Assembly: GCF_013365475.1 (NCBI RefSeq) | Contig: NZ_CP046579.1 | Coordinates: forward strand, 330,001 to 362,000 | Length of the DNA stretch: 32,000 nt | DNA from: Candidatus Saccharimonadota bacterium | GTDB taxonomy: Bacteria > Pseudomonadota > Alphaproteobacteria > Rickettsiales > Anaplasmataceae | Direction of reading: 5' to 3' | The notes under the pieces: model-generated | What the model was told of the DNA's origin: nothing | Databases searched by the model: none | What the model saw: the letters and a program-made list of their open reading frames with translations, nothing else | Shown: piece by piece, positions 20,528 through 30,909 of the stretch | Position numbering within the stretch: position 1 is the stretch's first letter | Layout: every line of letters begins with the position of its first letter | Made by a program: the position numbers and the translations under genes

Positions 20528-21004
20528 CTAAGTCTTGTGTATTTGTGGTGAAATAAGTTTTTCAGCACTACTAATAATGAAATTAGTAATAATATCAGCT
20601 ACATCATCTACTTTCTTATCTATTCTTTTGCTTATTTCTTTATCTTTAAGACACTCATGTAGAGCTAAAACAGCTATAACTGCACATGTTGAAGCTAACC
20701 CAGTTTGTACGACAGTGAGTAGTGATATTCCACCTGTAAGCATGAACATTAGACCAATAGCTAGATTTGTGATTTTGCTTTGTACAGTTTCTTGTCCTAC
20801 CTGATTTTGATCTACCTGTTTACCCTTTAAGATATTGGATACTGCTTTAGAGGTAGTTTTTACTGCTATTGCTATAGTTAATCCTATGATTATTTTCACT
20901 AAAAGAAAAATCGAAGACAGTGTTAGCAAAAACAGTAATGAGGTAATTATGATATACCACTTTTTATTTATTCTCTTAGGTTGACTTTCATTATTGAATG
21001 TCAT
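20528..21004 (-). CDS. Hypothetical small membrane protein (two paired-hydrophobic segments plus an amphipathic C-terminal tail)
   Basis: 158-aa ORF with a polar N-terminus. Hydrophobic block 1 is WYIIITSLLFLLTLSSIFLLVKIIIGLTIAIAV, and block 2 is ITNLAIGLMFMLTGGISLLTVVQTGLASTCAVIAVLAL. A charged 40-aa tail follows. It is convergent with fmt and divergent from carA. I recognise no family for it. Confidence 0.5.
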   Translation of the reverse strand: MTFNNESQPKRINKKWYIIITSLLFLLTLSSIFLLVKIIIGLTIAIAVKTTSKAVSNILKGKQVDQNQVGQETVQSKITNLAIGLMFMLTGGISLLTVVQTGLASTCAVIAVLALHECLKDKEISKRIDKKVDDVADIITNFIISSAEKLISPQIHKT

Positions 21005-21204
21005 AAATTCTCTGCTTTATAATGACTTATTTAGTTCACATAAAATATGGTAGTAGTCAAGACTTGTCTTTTGTGTATGTGAGAATTTGTTAAGGAATCC
21101 TTGTTCATGTTGCACTTCTCTCATTTGTGATTAAATTAAATCTTAAATTTTGATAGAATTCTTTCTGTTGAATTGTTTAAAACTTTTTATATACTATACA
21201 TAAC

Positions 21205-22395
21205 ATGAGAGAAAATCAAGTGCAGGATGCGATTTTAGTTTTACAAAGTGGTAAATACTTTTTAGGAAAGTCAGTAGGTAAAAAGGGTAAATGTGTAGGT
21301 GAGATCTGTTTTACCACTAGTTCCACTGGTTACCAACATACTATAAGTGATCCTTCCTTTGCTGATCAAATTATAATGTTCACTTTTCCTCATATCGGTA
21401 ACATTGGAATAAATAATAAAGATAATGAAGGAAAGAAAATTTTTGCAACTGGTGTAATTATGCGCGAACTTTCCCCTGCGTCTCATCCTTCTTCATATAT
21501 TAGCTTAAATGATTGGTTAAAAGAAAATAGTGTAGTTGGGATATCTGGAGTTGACACTAGAGCCTTAACAAGACATTTAAGAAAGCTTGGATATCAGAAC
21601 GGAATAGTATGTTCATTAACACGCCCATTACCTGGTAATTCTAAAACCTATAGTAATCAGATTATTCAGATAGTAAAAGATCTATCAAATGAGTTAGGTG
21701 AATATAAACCTATAAATGGAATGAAGGTAATTGATACAGTTAGCTCAAATAATGGCATTGATTTCCCTTCTACTACACAAGCAGTTGATGTTAAAGTCCA
21801 AGGTATTGAAAAGTATAGAGTTATAGTAGTTGATTTTGGTGTAAAGTCTAGTATAGTTTCACGCTTAATAGAACTTGGATGTACAGTTAAGCTAGTTAAG
21901 CCTGATAATGGCTTTTCTCAAAAAATATTAAATATGTATCCGGATGGTATAGTACTTTCAAATGGGCCAGGTGATCCGCAAAAAATAGAAAAAAGTGTGA
22001 TATCGGAAATAAGTGCTATTATAAAGTCCAAAATACCAATTTTTGGAATATGCATGGGACATCAATTACTTGCAATTACATTAGGAGCAAAAACTGCTAA
22101 AATGAACGTTGGCCATCGAGGAAGTAATCATCCAGTATACAATATAAATAGCAAGAAAGTTGAAATCACTAGTCAAAATCATGGCTTTGTTGTAGATCCG
22201 TTTTCTTTGCCTAAAAACTTAGAGATTACTCATATCTCTCTATTTGATAACAGCATAGAAGGAATAATGATGAAAAATCATCCAGTTTTTTCTGTACAAT
22301 ATCACCCAGAAGAGGCTCCAGGTACGCATGATTCGCATTATTTGTTTAAGTGCTTTATTAATAACATCAAGTTACACAAGGTGAAGTCTGCATAA
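21205..22395 (+). CDS. carA: Carbamoyl-phosphate synthase small (glutamine amidotransferase) subunit
   Basis: 396 aa with GEICFTTSSTGYQHTISDPSF, the GVDTRALTRHLR motif and the class-I GATase triad region GICMGHQLL...QYHPE. Confidence 0.92.
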   Translation: MRENQVQDAILVLQSGKYFLGKSVGKKGKCVGEICFTTSSTGYQHTISDPSFADQIIMFTFPHIGNIGINNKDNEGKKIFATGVIMRELSPASHPSSYISLNDWLKENSVVGISGVDTRALTRHLRKLGYQNGIVCSLTRPLPGNSKTYSNQIIQIVKDLSNELGEYKPINGMKVIDTVSSNNGIDFPSTTQAVDVKVQGIEKYRVIVVDFGVKSSIVSRLIELGCTVKLVKPDNGFSQKILNMYPDGIVLSNGPGDPQKIEKSVISEISAIIKSKIPIFGICMGHQLLAITLGAKTAKMNVGHRGSNHPVYNINSKKVEITSQNHGFVVDPFSLPKNLEITHISLFDNSIEGIMMKNHPVFSVQYHPEEAPGTHDSHYLFKCFINNIKLHKVKSA

Positions 22396-22511
22396 TAAAA
22401 ATTATCCTAGGTTTTATTGCTTGATCTTTCAGTTTAGCTATTTATTATTAATGGATGTAGCAAAAAACTTAGTTAAGTTACTGGATAATGTTTTCTTAAC
22501 AAATTTTGTGT

Positions 22512-22594
22512 GGAGGGGTGACCGAGTGGTTAAAGGTAACAGACTGTAAATCTGTCCGTGAGAACGTACGTAGGTTCGAATCCTACCTCCTCCA
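22512..22594 (+). tRNA. tRNA-Tyr (anticodon GUA), long variable arm, no encoded CCA
   Basis: Acceptor GGAGGGG/CTCCTCC, anticodon arm ACAGA-CTGTAAA-TCTGT, long variable arm, T arm GTAGG-TTCGAAT-CCTAC, discriminator A. Confidence 0.9.
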
Positions 22595-22598
22595 TTAT

Positions 22599-22670
22599 GC
22601 GGGTATAGCTTAATTGGTAGAGTTCTAGCCTTCCAAGCTAGTAGAGTGGGTTCAAATCCCACTATCCGCT
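22599..22670 (+). tRNA. tRNA-Gly (anticodon UCC), no encoded CCA
   Basis: Acceptor GCGGGTA/TATCCGC, anticodon arm CTAGC-CTTCCAA-GCTAG, T arm GTGGG-TTCAAAT-CCCAC. It starts 4 nt after tRNA-Tyr. Confidence 0.9.
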
Positions 22671-22745
22671 CTTTTTTGTTGTATTTTTATGAAATCAATA
22701 TATTACTATTGATGTATTCGTATTTTAGGTAGAATAATTTAGATT

Positions 22746-23918
22746 ATGACACAGATAGTAGAAGCATTTGGCAAGCCGCATGTAAATGTGGGAACAATAG
22801 GGCACGTAGATCACGGGAAAACAACGTTAACGGCAGCGATAACGAAGTATTATGGGCATTTCATAGCGTATGATCAAATAGATAAGGCACCTGAAGAGAG
22901 AAAGAGGGGAATAACGATAGCAACAGCACATGTTGAGTATGAGACAGATAAGAGGCACTATGCACATGTTGATTGTCCTGGACACGCTGACTATGTGAAG
23001 AATATGATAGTAGGTGCAGCACAGATGGATGCAGCGATATTAGTAGTATCTGGAGTTGACGGGCCAATGCCACAAACAAGAGAACATATATTACTTGCAA
23101 AGCAAGTTGGTGTTAAGTATATCGTTGTGTACATAAACAAAGCTGATGTAGCTGATCATGATATGATTGGTTTAGTAGAAATGGAAGTTAGAGAATTGCT
23201 GAGTAAGTATGAATTTCCCGGTGATGATGTTCCTGTAGTGATTGGGTCTGCATTAAAAGCATTAGAAGATGAAGGTAATGAGTATGGGAAGAAATCAATA
23301 GGAAAGTTGATGGAAAAGTTGGATGAATATGTAGCAGTTCCTCCAAGGCCTGTAGATTTGCCGTTTCTAATGCCAATTGAAGATGTATTTTCAATACCTG
23401 GGCGTGGAACGGTAGTGACAGGAAGAATAGAGAAGGGAGAAATAAAGACAGGCGAAGAGATCGAGATAGTAGGGTTGAAAGCAACGCGGAAGACAATATG
23501 TACAGGGGTAGAAATGTTCAAGAAGTGCCTAGATAAGGGGTCTGCTGGACTGAATGTTGGGATCCTCTTAAGAGGAATAAAAAGAGAAGAAGTAGAGAGG
23601 GGTCAAGTATTATCAAAGCCAAGTACAATAACACCACATCAGAAGTTTAAAGCAGAAGTATATGTATTGAAGAAAGAGGAAGGAGGAAGGCATACTCCAT
23701 TTTTTGAAAATTACCAACCACAGTTTTATATAAGAACTACAGATGTAACAGGAAGTATAAAATTGTTAGGAGGCAAAGAAATGGTGATGCCAGGTGATAA
23801 TGTAAGTATAGAGGTAGAATTACAAGCACCAGTAGCGCTGGATAAGGGATTACGTTTTGCAGTAAGAGAAGGCGGTAGAACTGTTGGTTCCGGTGTTGTT
23901 TCTGAAATTCTTGAGTAA
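22746..23918 (+). CDS. tuf: Elongation factor Tu
   Basis: 390 aa with [18 protein letters not shown] and NKAD GTPase motifs. The full-length match to EF-Tu is unmistakable. Confidence 0.97.
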   Translation: MTQIVEAFGKPHVNVGTIGHVDHGKTTLTAAITKYYGHFIAYDQIDKAPEERKRGITIATAHVEYETDKRHYAHVDCPGHADYVKNMIVGAAQMDAAILVVSGVDGPMPQTREHILLAKQVGVKYIVVYINKADVADHDMIGLVEMEVRELLSKYEFPGDDVPVVIGSALKALEDEGNEYGKKSIGKLMEKLDEYVAVPPRPVDLPFLMPIEDVFSIPGRGTVVTGRIEKGEIKTGEEIEIVGLKATRKTICTGVEMFKKCLDKGSAGLNVGILLRGIKREEVERGQVLSKPSTITPHQKFKAEVYVLKKEEGGRHTPFFENYQPQFYIRTTDVTGSIKLLGGKEMVMPGDNVSIEVELQAPVALDKGLRFAVREGGRTVGSGVVSEILE

Positions 23919-23931
23919 AAAGTGGGGTGTG

Positions 23932-24291
23932 ATGACTAAGACTGAGCAAGAGATACATATTAAAATAGAAGCTTTTGATTGCTCTAGGTTAGAGGAGTAT
24001 ATTAGGAAGTTTGTACGTGAATTTAAAGATAAGTTAAAACATTCTGGCACAAGACTATCAGGTCCGGTTGCTTTACCTAGGAAGAATCTTAAGTTTAACG
24101 TTAATAGATCTCCTCATGTTGATAAAAAATCTCGTGAACAGCTTGAGCAGAGAACTTCTAAGCGTTTAATTGTTTTATATAATCCTACTCCTACTATAGT
24201 ACAAATGCTTGGAGATTCATCTTTTCCTTCTCCTCTTCCTGGAGTAGAAGTTGATTCAAAAATTAAAAAGGTTGTAAAGTCTAAAAAGTAA
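23932..24291 (+). CDS. rpsJ: 30S ribosomal protein S10
   Basis: The internal ATG of the 23884 ORF gives MTKTEQEIHIKIEAFD...SGPVALPRK..F.V.RSPHVDKKSREQ.E.RT..RLI. The longer ORF would overlap the tuf 3' end. It carries a Lys-rich C-terminal extension. Confidence 0.88.
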   Translation: MTKTEQEIHIKIEAFDCSRLEEYIRKFVREFKDKLKHSGTRLSGPVALPRKNLKFNVNRSPHVDKKSREQLEQRTSKRLIVLYNPTPTIVQMLGDSSFPSPLPGVEVDSKIKKVVKSKK

Positions 24292-24294
24292 AGA

Positions 24295-24978
24295 ATGAAG
24301 AGAATAGGTTTGTTAAAAAGAATTGGTTTATTAATGGAAAATGTTGGGCATACTACTATATACTCTAGTAGTAGTTCTGTAGCTGTGACTTTATTATATC
24401 TTAGGGAGACTTATATTATTGATATAAAAGAGCAAGATAAGTGTGGATACAATTCAGTTATTTTAGGTGTTGGAGATTTTAAAAATATTTCAAAGCCTCA
24501 GCTAGAGTACTTAAAAAAAAAGGGAATAAAAAGTAGATGTAAATTGTATGAAAGCAGATTAAATAACCTCTCAGGAATAGAATGTGGTAAAAGGGTAGGT
24601 ATTGATCATTTTGTAATTGGTCAATATCTTGATATTACAGGTTACTCAGTAGGTAAGGGATTTTCTGGCGTAATAAAAAGACATAATTTTAGTGGTCTTA
24701 GGGCATCCCATGGTGTTTCTATTGCTCACAGGTCACAAGGTTCTACAGGTCAATGTCAGGACCCTGGTAAAGTATTTAAAGGGAAAAAAATGGCTGGTCA
24801 TTTAGGTAACAGTAGAGTAACTGTACAAAATATGAAGGTATTATTTATTGATCATGAAAATAGTTTAATTGCTATAAAAGGCAATAATGTTCCAGGGTTT
24901 AGAAGTTCTTATGTCTTTGTAAGAGATGCAGTAAAAAAGCCTTTACATAAGAATGTACCTTTTCCTGTTTTTTGTTAG
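24295..24978 (+). CDS. rplC: 50S ribosomal protein L3
   Basis: 227 aa with GYNSVILG, GKGFSGVIKRHNFSG..ASHG, and PGKVFKGKKMAGHLGN.RVTVQN. Confidence 0.9.
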   Translation: MKRIGLLKRIGLLMENVGHTTIYSSSSSVAVTLLYLRETYIIDIKEQDKCGYNSVILGVGDFKNISKPQLEYLKKKGIKSRCKLYESRLNNLSGIECGKRVGIDHFVIGQYLDITGYSVGKGFSGVIKRHNFSGLRASHGVSIAHRSQGSTGQCQDPGKVFKGKKMAGHLGNSRVTVQNMKVLFIDHENSLIAIKGNNVPGFRSSYVFVRDAVKKPLHKNVPFPVFC

Positions 24979-25028
24979 TTTGCTGTTGGATGAAAATGAT
25001 GTTGATATGGTGATTTAAAAAATTAGTT

Positions 25029-25643
25029 ATGGAATGTAAGTTAGTTAATTTATCTAGTGGTGATATAGGTGTTGTCCATCTTAATCCTTCAATATTTTCC
25101 GTCAAACAAAAATTAAGTGTTTTGCATGATATAGTTAAGTGGCAATTAGCAAGAAGGAGAGCCGGTACTCACAAAACAAAAGGTATCAGTGATATTTCTG
25201 GTACAACAGCTAAGCCTTATAGTCAAAAGCGTACTGGTAGAGCAAGGCAGGGTAGCTTACGATCTCCTCAATTTAGAGGTGGTGAAATCATTTTTGGTCC
25301 TGTTGTGAGAAGTCATGCTTATTCTCTTAATAAAAAAGTACGTGAACTTGGGTTAAAAATTGCTTTATCTCTAAAATATTTTAATAATCAGGTGATTATT
25401 CTTGATAATTTAGATATTAATGTGAAGAGGACATCTGAGATATGTAAGTATATTAAAAATTTTAAGTTTTCTTCTTTTTTGATAGTTGGTGATTATGGAG
25501 ACAATTTATTAAGAGCTACTAGGAATTTATACTATATAAATTTAATTAAACCTACCGGATTGAATGTACTCGATATATTAAATCATGAGTGTATAATGCT
25601 AACAAATGATGCTTTGAGTAAGCTTGAAGACAGATTATTATGA
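25029..25643 (+). CDS. rplD: 50S ribosomal protein L4
   Basis: 204 aa with AGTHKTKG.SDISGTTAKPY.QK.TGRARQGSLRSPQFRGG. Confidence 0.9.
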   Translation: MECKLVNLSSGDIGVVHLNPSIFSVKQKLSVLHDIVKWQLARRRAGTHKTKGISDISGTTAKPYSQKRTGRARQGSLRSPQFRGGEIIFGPVVRSHAYSLNKKVRELGLKIALSLKYFNNQVIILDNLDINVKRTSEICKYIKNFKFSSFLIVGDYGDNLLRATRNLYYINLIKPTGLNVLDILNHECIMLTNDALSKLEDRLL

Positions 25644-25927
25644 TAAAATATAATAATATAATAAAATGTCCTGTAATTACAGAAAAAGCTTCGCTTCTAA
25701 GGGAGAAGTTTAACAAATATTCTTTATATGTTTTTATAAATGTAAATAAGCATAAAGTAAAGTTGGCAATAGAATCGCTATTTAGAGTTAAAGTTTCTTC
25801 TATAAATGTTGTTACTGTTAAATCTAAACGTAGGAGCTTTAGAGGTATAGCTGGTTATGAAAAGCAGAGAAAGAAAGTTTATTTTTCTTTAATGCATGAT
25901 CAAAAATTGGATATAATGAGTGTTTGA
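25640..25927 (+). CDS. rplW: 50S ribosomal protein L23
   Basis: 95 aa with a P.ITEKAS opening. It has an ATGA overlap with rplD and holds the expected operon position. Confidence 0.88.
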   Translation: MIKYNNIIKCPVITEKASLLREKFNKYSLYVFINVNKHKVKLAIESLFRVKVSSINVVTVKSKRRSFRGIAGYEKQRKKVYFSLMHDQKLDIMSV

Positions 25928-25928
25928 T

Positions 25929-26753
25929 ATGAGAATGAAGTTTCTTAACCCTGTTACTCCATCTTCCCGTGGGACTGTACTAGTGAGTAAGGTTGGTCTA
26001 TCAAAAGATAAACCAGAAAAATCTCTCACATTTGGGAAGAAGTCTAGTGGTGGAAGAAATAATTACGGTAGGATCACAGTTCGTCACAAGGGAGGTGGTC
26101 ACAAAAGAAAGTATAGAGTTGTAGATTTTAAACGTAATAGAGCTGACCAGGGTATAGTTGAAAAAATAGAGTATGACCCGAATAGAAGCGGGTTTTTGGC
26201 ATTAATATTATATAAAAGTGATAATACTAGATCTTATATATTAGCTCCACAGAATGTGAAGCCTGGTGATCTTGTAATATCGGGTGATACTGCTGATATA
26301 TTAGCAGGTAATTGTTTGCCATTGAAATATATACCTGTCGGTTCTTTTGTGCATGGTGTTGAGTTGAAGCCAGGTGGTGGTGCCATAATTGCTCGAGCTG
26401 CTGGTTGTTATGCACAGATTATCGGTCATGATAATAACTATGTTTTGTTACGGTTAAGGTCTGGTCAAGTTAGGTTGATCTTATCTTCTTGTAGAGCTAC
26501 TATTGGTGTAGTATCTAACCTTGATCGTAAGAATAGAAAATTGGGCAAAGCAGGAAGAAATAGGTGGCTAGGAGTTAGACCAACTGTTCGTGGGGTTGCT
26601 ATGAATCCAGTTGATCATCCTCACGGAGGTGGAGAAGGAAAAACTTCTGGTGGACGTCATCCCGTTACCCCTTGGGGCATTGCAACAAAAGGGAAGAAAA
26701 CTAGAAAAAAAGGTAAGCTTAGTGATAGATATATAGAACATTTGAGAGGTTAG
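25929..26753 (+). CDS. rplB: 50S ribosomal protein L2
   Basis: [15 protein letters not shown]..., [14 protein letters not shown], and [25 protein letters not shown]. The ATG at 25929 is preferred over the GTG at 25920 given in the ORF track. Confidence 0.93.
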   Translation: MRMKFLNPVTPSSRGTVLVSKVGLSKDKPEKSLTFGKKSSGGRNNYGRITVRHKGGGHKRKYRVVDFKRNRADQGIVEKIEYDPNRSGFLALILYKSDNTRSYILAPQNVKPGDLVISGDTADILAGNCLPLKYIPVGSFVHGVELKPGGGAIIARAAGCYAQIIGHDNNYVLLRLRSGQVRLILSSCRATIGVVSNLDRKNRKLGKAGRNRWLGVRPTVRGVAMNPVDHPHGGGEGKTSGGRHPVTPWGIATKGKKTRKKGKLSDRYIEHLRG

Positions 26754-26756
26754 TCT

Positions 26757-27041
26757 ATGAGTAGATCTGTATGGAAACCACCTTTTTGTCATCCTTCTGT
26801 ATTAAAATTGGTGAATAGGGCTTTAAAGGAAGGGACTATTAATAAAGTAATAAAGATTCATTCTAGAGCTTCTGTAATTCTTCCTAATTGTTTAGGTTTA
26901 AAGTTTGCTGTTTATAATGGTAAGGATTATATTCCTGTTAATGTTAATGATCAAAATATGATAGGTCGTAAGTTTGGTGAGTTTTCACCTACACGTAAAT
27001 TTAATGGGCACAGTGCTGACAAAAAAGCAGTTAGAAGGTAA
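26757..27041 (+). CDS. rpsS: 30S ribosomal protein S19
   Basis: 94 aa with [13 protein letters not shown]....V......IG.K.GEF.PTR.F.GH. Confidence 0.93.
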   Translation: MSRSVWKPPFCHPSVLKLVNRALKEGTINKVIKIHSRASVILPNCLGLKFAVYNGKDYIPVNVNDQNMIGRKFGEFSPTRKFNGHSADKKAVRR

Positions 27042-27046
27042 TTGGT

Positions 27047-27397
27047 ATGAAGAGTAGTTTTATGGTAGTTAAAGCTAGTTCTAGGGTTTTGAAATCAACC
27101 CCTCGTAAGTTGAGCTTAGTTGCTGATTTAGTACGTAACAAAAAGGTTTCTTTCGCTACTGTACAATTAAAGTTTTGTGAGAAGAAAGCTGCTGGTCTTA
27201 TAGCAAGAGTATTGAATTCTGCGGTTGCTAATGCCCAACATAATTATGGGTTAGATGTAGATAATCTATATATAAAGGAAATTTTAGTAGGGAAGTCTTT
27301 TACTTTGCGTAGGATAAATCCAAAAGCTATGGGTAGAGCAAGCAGAATTGATAGATGTTACAGTAATATAACTATAAGTTTAAGAGAAATTGAATGA
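27047..27397 (+). CDS. rplV: 50S ribosomal protein L22
   Basis: 116 aa with SPRKL.LVADLVR.K.V..A...L.F, and LNSA.ANA..N. Confidence 0.9.
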   Translation: MKSSFMVVKASSRVLKSTPRKLSLVADLVRNKKVSFATVQLKFCEKKAAGLIARVLNSAVANAQHNYGLDVDNLYIKEILVGKSFTLRRINPKAMGRASRIDRCYSNITISLREIE

Positions 27398-27433
27398 TTT
27401 GTGAGATGCGAAGTTAATGAACAAAGGTGAAAT

Positions 27434-28051
27434 ATGGGACAAAAGGTCAACCCTATAGGGTTAAGGTTAAAAATAAATACTAATACCTGGGATTCTGTTT
27501 GGTATGCTAATAAAGACTATAAAGAGAAATTACACCATGATTTGTCTATTCGAAGTTATATAAATGAATCTTTTAAACATGCTGGCCTTTCTAAAATAAT
27601 TATAGAACGTAAAGGTGATTTGATGTCTGTAACAATACATTCTTCTAGGCCTGGGCTGATAATAGGTAAAAAGGGCTTAGATATTGAGAAGATAAAGCAA
27701 AAAATAGTTAAAAAGGTAAAAGATAATGTAGAAGTAAATGTAGTAGGAATAAAGAGACCTGAAATAGATGCAACCTTAATATCAAATAGCATAGCACAAC
27801 AGTTAGAAAAACGAATCTCATTTAGGAGAGCGATGAAAAAGGCTATTCAAAGTTGTTTAAGAATGGGAGGAGGAGGTATTAAGATAAGTTGTTCTGGACG
27901 TCTTGGTGGAGCTGAGATAGCTCGCACTGAATGGTATAAGGAAGGTCGGTTACCTTTACATACTTTACGTGCTAATATAGATTATGCTTTGTGTGAAGCA
28001 AAGACTATATATGGTATTATAGGAGTTAGAGTTTGGGTATATAATTGTTAA
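27434..28051 (+). CDS. rpsC: 30S ribosomal protein S3
   Basis: 205 aa, [12 protein letters not shown], the KH domain segment GLIIGKKG, and [27 protein letters not shown]. Confidence 0.93.
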   Translation: MGQKVNPIGLRLKINTNTWDSVWYANKDYKEKLHHDLSIRSYINESFKHAGLSKIIIERKGDLMSVTIHSSRPGLIIGKKGLDIEKIKQKIVKKVKDNVEVNVVGIKRPEIDATLISNSIAQQLEKRISFRRAMKKAIQSCLRMGGGGIKISCSGRLGGAEIARTEWYKEGRLPLHTLRANIDYALCEAKTIYGIIGVRVWVYNC

Positions 28052-28066
28052 TTAAGGTATATTTAA

Positions 28067-28480
28067 ATGTTTATTCCTAAGAAGAGCAAGTACAAAAAGG
28101 TATTCAAAGGGAGAATTAAAGGTAATACAAAAGCTGGTGATATGTTAGCTTTTGGAGATTATGGTTTAAAGGCTATAGAGGCTGGTAGAATTCAATCTAA
28201 ACATATTGAAGCTGTAAGGCGTGTAATATCTAGAACGTTAAGACGTTCTGGTAAAGTGTGGATAAGAATTTTCCCTAATATCCCTGTAAGTAAGAAGCCT
28301 GCTGATGTGCGTATGGGTAAGGGAAAAGGCAGTATTGAATTTTGGGTATTTAAAGCTAAGCCTGGCAGGGTATTATTTGAAATTAGCGGTGGTGTTCCTT
28401 TACATTTAGCGAAACTAGCCTTTGGGAAAGCGATTGCTAAACTTCCTGTGAGGTGTAAATTTGTATCAAATCATAGTTGA
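28067..28480 (+). CDS. rplP: 50S ribosomal protein L16
   Basis: 137 aa, [18 protein letters not shown], and RMGKGKG..E.WV..KPGR.LFE. Confidence 0.93.
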   Translation: MFIPKKSKYKKVFKGRIKGNTKAGDMLAFGDYGLKAIEAGRIQSKHIEAVRRVISRTLRRSGKVWIRIFPNIPVSKKPADVRMGKGKGSIEFWVFKAKPGRVLFEISGGVPLHLAKLAFGKAIAKLPVRCKFVSNHS

Positions 28481-28492
28481 GTTGGAGATAAG

Positions 28493-28696
28493 GTGGGTAT
28501 AATTGAGATTAGGTCAAAATCTTCGCAAGAGTTATATGAAATACTTACAAGCTTGAGAAAAGAATTTGTCAATTTAGTTTTTCAAAAAAAAATGGGACAA
28601 TGTAACAATATTGCACGTTTTAGTTTGATAAGGAAAAGTATAGCTCGTATTTTAACTGTATTAAATGAAAGAGGGATAAACGAAAAAAATGCCTAA
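28493..28696 (+). CDS. rpmC: 50S ribosomal protein L29
   Basis: 67 aa, GTG start preceded by GGAGA, helical L29-like sequence, conserved operon slot between rplP and rpsQ. Confidence 0.8.
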   Translation: MGIIEIRSKSSQELYEILTSLRKEFVNLVFQKKMGQCNNIARFSLIRKSIARILTVLNERGINEKNA

Positions 28697-28922
28697 AAAG
28701 ATTTTATCTGGTGTTATAATTAGAGCTAAGTGTAATAAAACTTTAAAGGTATTGGTATTACGAATATGTAAAGATAAATTATATAAAAAAATTGTGAAAA
28801 GGTACAAAAAGTATACTGTTCATGATGAAAATAATATCTGCAGACTAGGAGATAGAGTTTTTATACAAGAGCATAGGCCTATTTCTAATACCAAAAAATG
28901 GGTTATTGTTCAAGTCAAGTAA
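28689..28922 (+). CDS. rpsQ: 30S ribosomal protein S17
   Basis: 77 aa with KT..V.V.R......YKK.V.R.KKY.VHDE.N....GD.V.I.E.RP.S..K.W. Confidence 0.88.
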   Translation: MPKKILSGVIIRAKCNKTLKVLVLRICKDKLYKKIVKRYKKYTVHDENNICRLGDRVFIQEHRPISNTKKWVIVQVK

Positions 28923-28932
28923 GGTTCTAGGT

Positions 28933-29292
28933 ATGATACAAAAAAATACATTATTAGAAGTAGCTGATAATTCTGGTGCGCGTAAAGTACTTTGTATTGG
29001 ATTATTAGGTGGCAGGAAATTCGCATCCGTAGGTGATATAGTTGTTGTATCTGCTAGATCTATTAACCCGAAAGGGAAAGTTGAAAAGGGGAAAGTATAT
29101 AGGGCTGTTGTTGTTAGAATAAAGAATCCTATTAGGAAATCTGATGGTTCTATAATTCGTTTTTCTAGCAATGCTGTAGTTTTAATTAATAATCAAGGTG
29201 AACCACTTGGTACTCGAGTATTTGGTCCAGTAAAGAAGTTGCTATCTGGTTCTTTTATGAAGATAATGTCATTAGCTTTTGAGGTTTTATAA
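28933..29292 (+). CDS. rplN: 50S ribosomal protein L14
   Basis: The internal ATG gives [21 protein letters not shown], the canonical L14 N-terminus. The ORF-track start at 28906 would overlap rpsQ. Confidence 0.93.
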   Translation: MIQKNTLLEVADNSGARKVLCIGLLGGRKFASVGDIVVVSARSINPKGKVEKGKVYRAVVVRIKNPIRKSDGSIIRFSSNAVVLINNQGEPLGTRVFGPVKKLLSGSFMKIMSLAFEVL

Positions 29293-29609
29293 TGAGTGTA
29301 AAAATAAAAAGTGGAGATGATATTATAGTTTTATCTGGTAGAGACAGGGGAAAAACTGGTAAAATAATTAAGGTTGTGATGCATAATGCTAAAAAAAAGG
29401 CAATAGTTTCTGGGATAAATGTATATAAGAAACATGTCAAACCTAAAGCTGGTGATAGCGGTGGCATATTAGATAAAGAATTAGCTATTGATATATCTAA
29501 CATTGCAATCTTAGATCCTAAATATAAAGCTCCAACTAGAGTGGGATTTAGGATCATAGATGGTAGGAAAGTACGTTTTGCAAAAATTTCTGGAGAAGTG
29601 ATAGATTAG
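29292..29609 (+). CDS. rplX: 50S ribosomal protein L24
   Basis: 105 aa with the KOW motif [21 protein letters not shown]. The ATG overlaps the rplN TAA stop by 1 nt. Confidence 0.9.
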   Translation: MSVKIKSGDDIIVLSGRDRGKTGKIIKVVMHNAKKKAIVSGINVYKKHVKPKAGDSGGILDKELAIDISNIAILDPKYKAPTRVGFRIIDGRKVRFAKISGEVID

Positions 29610-30149
29610 GTGAACATGTTCGAAGAATTATATAAAGATAGCATAATAAAGTCCTTGAGAGATAAATTCAATTACAGTAATATAATGTTAGTGCCTAAAC
29701 TTGTTAAGGTATGTGTTAATATGGGTATTGGAAGTGCTTCTGCAGATAGTAAAATAATAAGTGAGCCATTTAATTGTTTGTATTTAATTACAGGGCAAAA
29801 GCCTGTTTTAACTTATGCAAAAAAATCTATTTCTGGATTCAAGATAAGAAAAGGTACTACAGTAGGTTGTAAAGTAACTTTACGTAGGAATAAAATGTAT
29901 GAATTCTTGGAAAGAATAATATATGTTACTTTGCCACGTGAAAAAGATTTCAGGGGATTTAGCATAAAACAATTTGATGGTCATGGTAATTTTTCTTTTG
30001 GTATTAAGGAACATATCTCATTTTTAGAAATAGATTATGATAAAGTAAGTAAAATTAGGGGTATGGATATAAATATTATAACAACTGCAACTAGTGATGA
30101 GGAGGCAAAACAGTTATTACTAGCTTTCAGATTCCCTTTTTTTGATTAG
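29610..30149 (+). CDS. rplE: 50S ribosomal protein L5
   Basis: 179 aa with VPKLVKV.VNMG.G, GQKP, and the F.IRKG..VG.KVTLR and FDG.GN.SFGI.E motifs. The start is GTG 29610 or ATG 29616. Confidence 0.92.
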   Translation: MNMFEELYKDSIIKSLRDKFNYSNIMLVPKLVKVCVNMGIGSASADSKIISEPFNCLYLITGQKPVLTYAKKSISGFKIRKGTTVGCKVTLRRNKMYEFLERIIYVTLPREKDFRGFSIKQFDGHGNFSFGIKEHISFLEIDYDKVSKIRGMDINIITTATSDEEAKQLLLAFRFPFFD

Positions 30150-30163
30150 TTGAAAGGATATAT

Positions 30164-30472
30164 ATGGCGAAAAAATCTATAATACAGAGAAACCTTCGTA
30201 GGATAAAATTATATAATCAGTATAGTGAAAAAAGAAATAAGCTAAAATCTATAATAAATAATAAGAATATACCTATTAGTGAGAGGTTTGCTGCTCAAAA
30301 TAAGCTGATTAAGGAGTTGCCTAGAGATTCTTCTAAGGTCAGGATTAGAAATAGGTGCGTTTTAACTGGTAGGCCAAGGGGAGTGTACAGGAAATTTGGT
30401 TTGTGTAGGATTGTTTTGCGTAATTTATGTGCTTTTGGGAAAATTCCTGGGGTTACAAAGTCTAGTTGGTGA
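30164..30472 (+). CDS. rpsN: 30S ribosomal protein S14 (long, non-zinc type)
   Basis: 102 aa, MAKKS.IQRN.RR, then [22 protein letters not shown]......G.IPGV.K.SW. Confidence 0.9.
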   Translation: MAKKSIIQRNLRRIKLYNQYSEKRNKLKSIINNKNIPISERFAAQNKLIKELPRDSSKVRIRNRCVLTGRPRGVYRKFGLCRIVLRNLCAFGKIPGVTKSSW

Positions 30473-30499
30473 GTATAATAAAGTAGGAGGTGTCTTCAG

Positions 30500-30892
30500 A
30501 TGTTATCTGACAGTATTGGCGATTTTTTAACAAGAATACGTAATGCTCAATTAGCAATGCATAGGGTAACAAGAGTTTTGTTCTCTAAAGTCAATTCTTC
30601 TATGCTAAAGATCTTGAAAGACGAAGGATATATTTTTGATTACCAGAAAGAAGTAATGGGTAATGTGCCGTTTTTCGTTATAAGGTTAAAATATCATGAA
30701 AAGTTGCCTGTAATTAATGATATAGTTAGAGTATCAAAGCCTGGTTGTCGTCGTTATCTTAAGTGCAAGGATATTACTAAAGCTTATAATGGGCTTGGTA
30801 TTTTTATTGTATCTACGTCTAAAGGGATAATGACAGACTACAATGCACGTAAATTAAAGGTTGGCGGAGAAATTTTGTGCTGTGTATTTTAA
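30500..30892 (+). CDS. rpsH: 30S ribosomal protein S8
   Basis: 130 aa with [38 protein letters not shown]. Confidence 0.92.
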   Translation: MLSDSIGDFLTRIRNAQLAMHRVTRVLFSKVNSSMLKILKDEGYIFDYQKEVMGNVPFFVIRLKYHEKLPVINDIVRVSKPGCRRYLKCKDITKAYNGLGIFIVSTSKGIMTDYNARKLKVGGEILCCVF

Positions 30893-30909
30893 AATAATGG
30901 GAAAAGGTT

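Noticed and set aside
22438-22662. 74-aa minus-strand ORF.
   Set aside because: It is simply the reverse complement of tRNA-Tyr and tRNA-Gly, whose GC-rich structured RNA is free of stops.
22861-24050. Five ORFs of 66-121 aa antisense to or overlapping tuf (22861-23100, 23156-23521, 23188-23496, 23737-23958, 23850-24050).
   Set aside because: These are shadow ORFs. The purine-rich, higher-GC codon usage of tuf removes stop codons on the opposite strand. Their translations are low-complexity (Ser/Leu/Pro/His-rich) with no recognisable family, and the sense-strand EF-Tu is unambiguous.
24298-24333. Imperfect 18-nt tandem duplication at the 5' end of rplC (aagagaataggtttgtta / aaaagaattggtttatta, giving KRIGLL-KRIGLL).
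   Set aside because: The two halves align to different parts of the normal L3 N-terminus (R-T-G-L-I and K-K-L-G-M-T). The similarity is explained by the ancestral sequence rather than a recent duplication.
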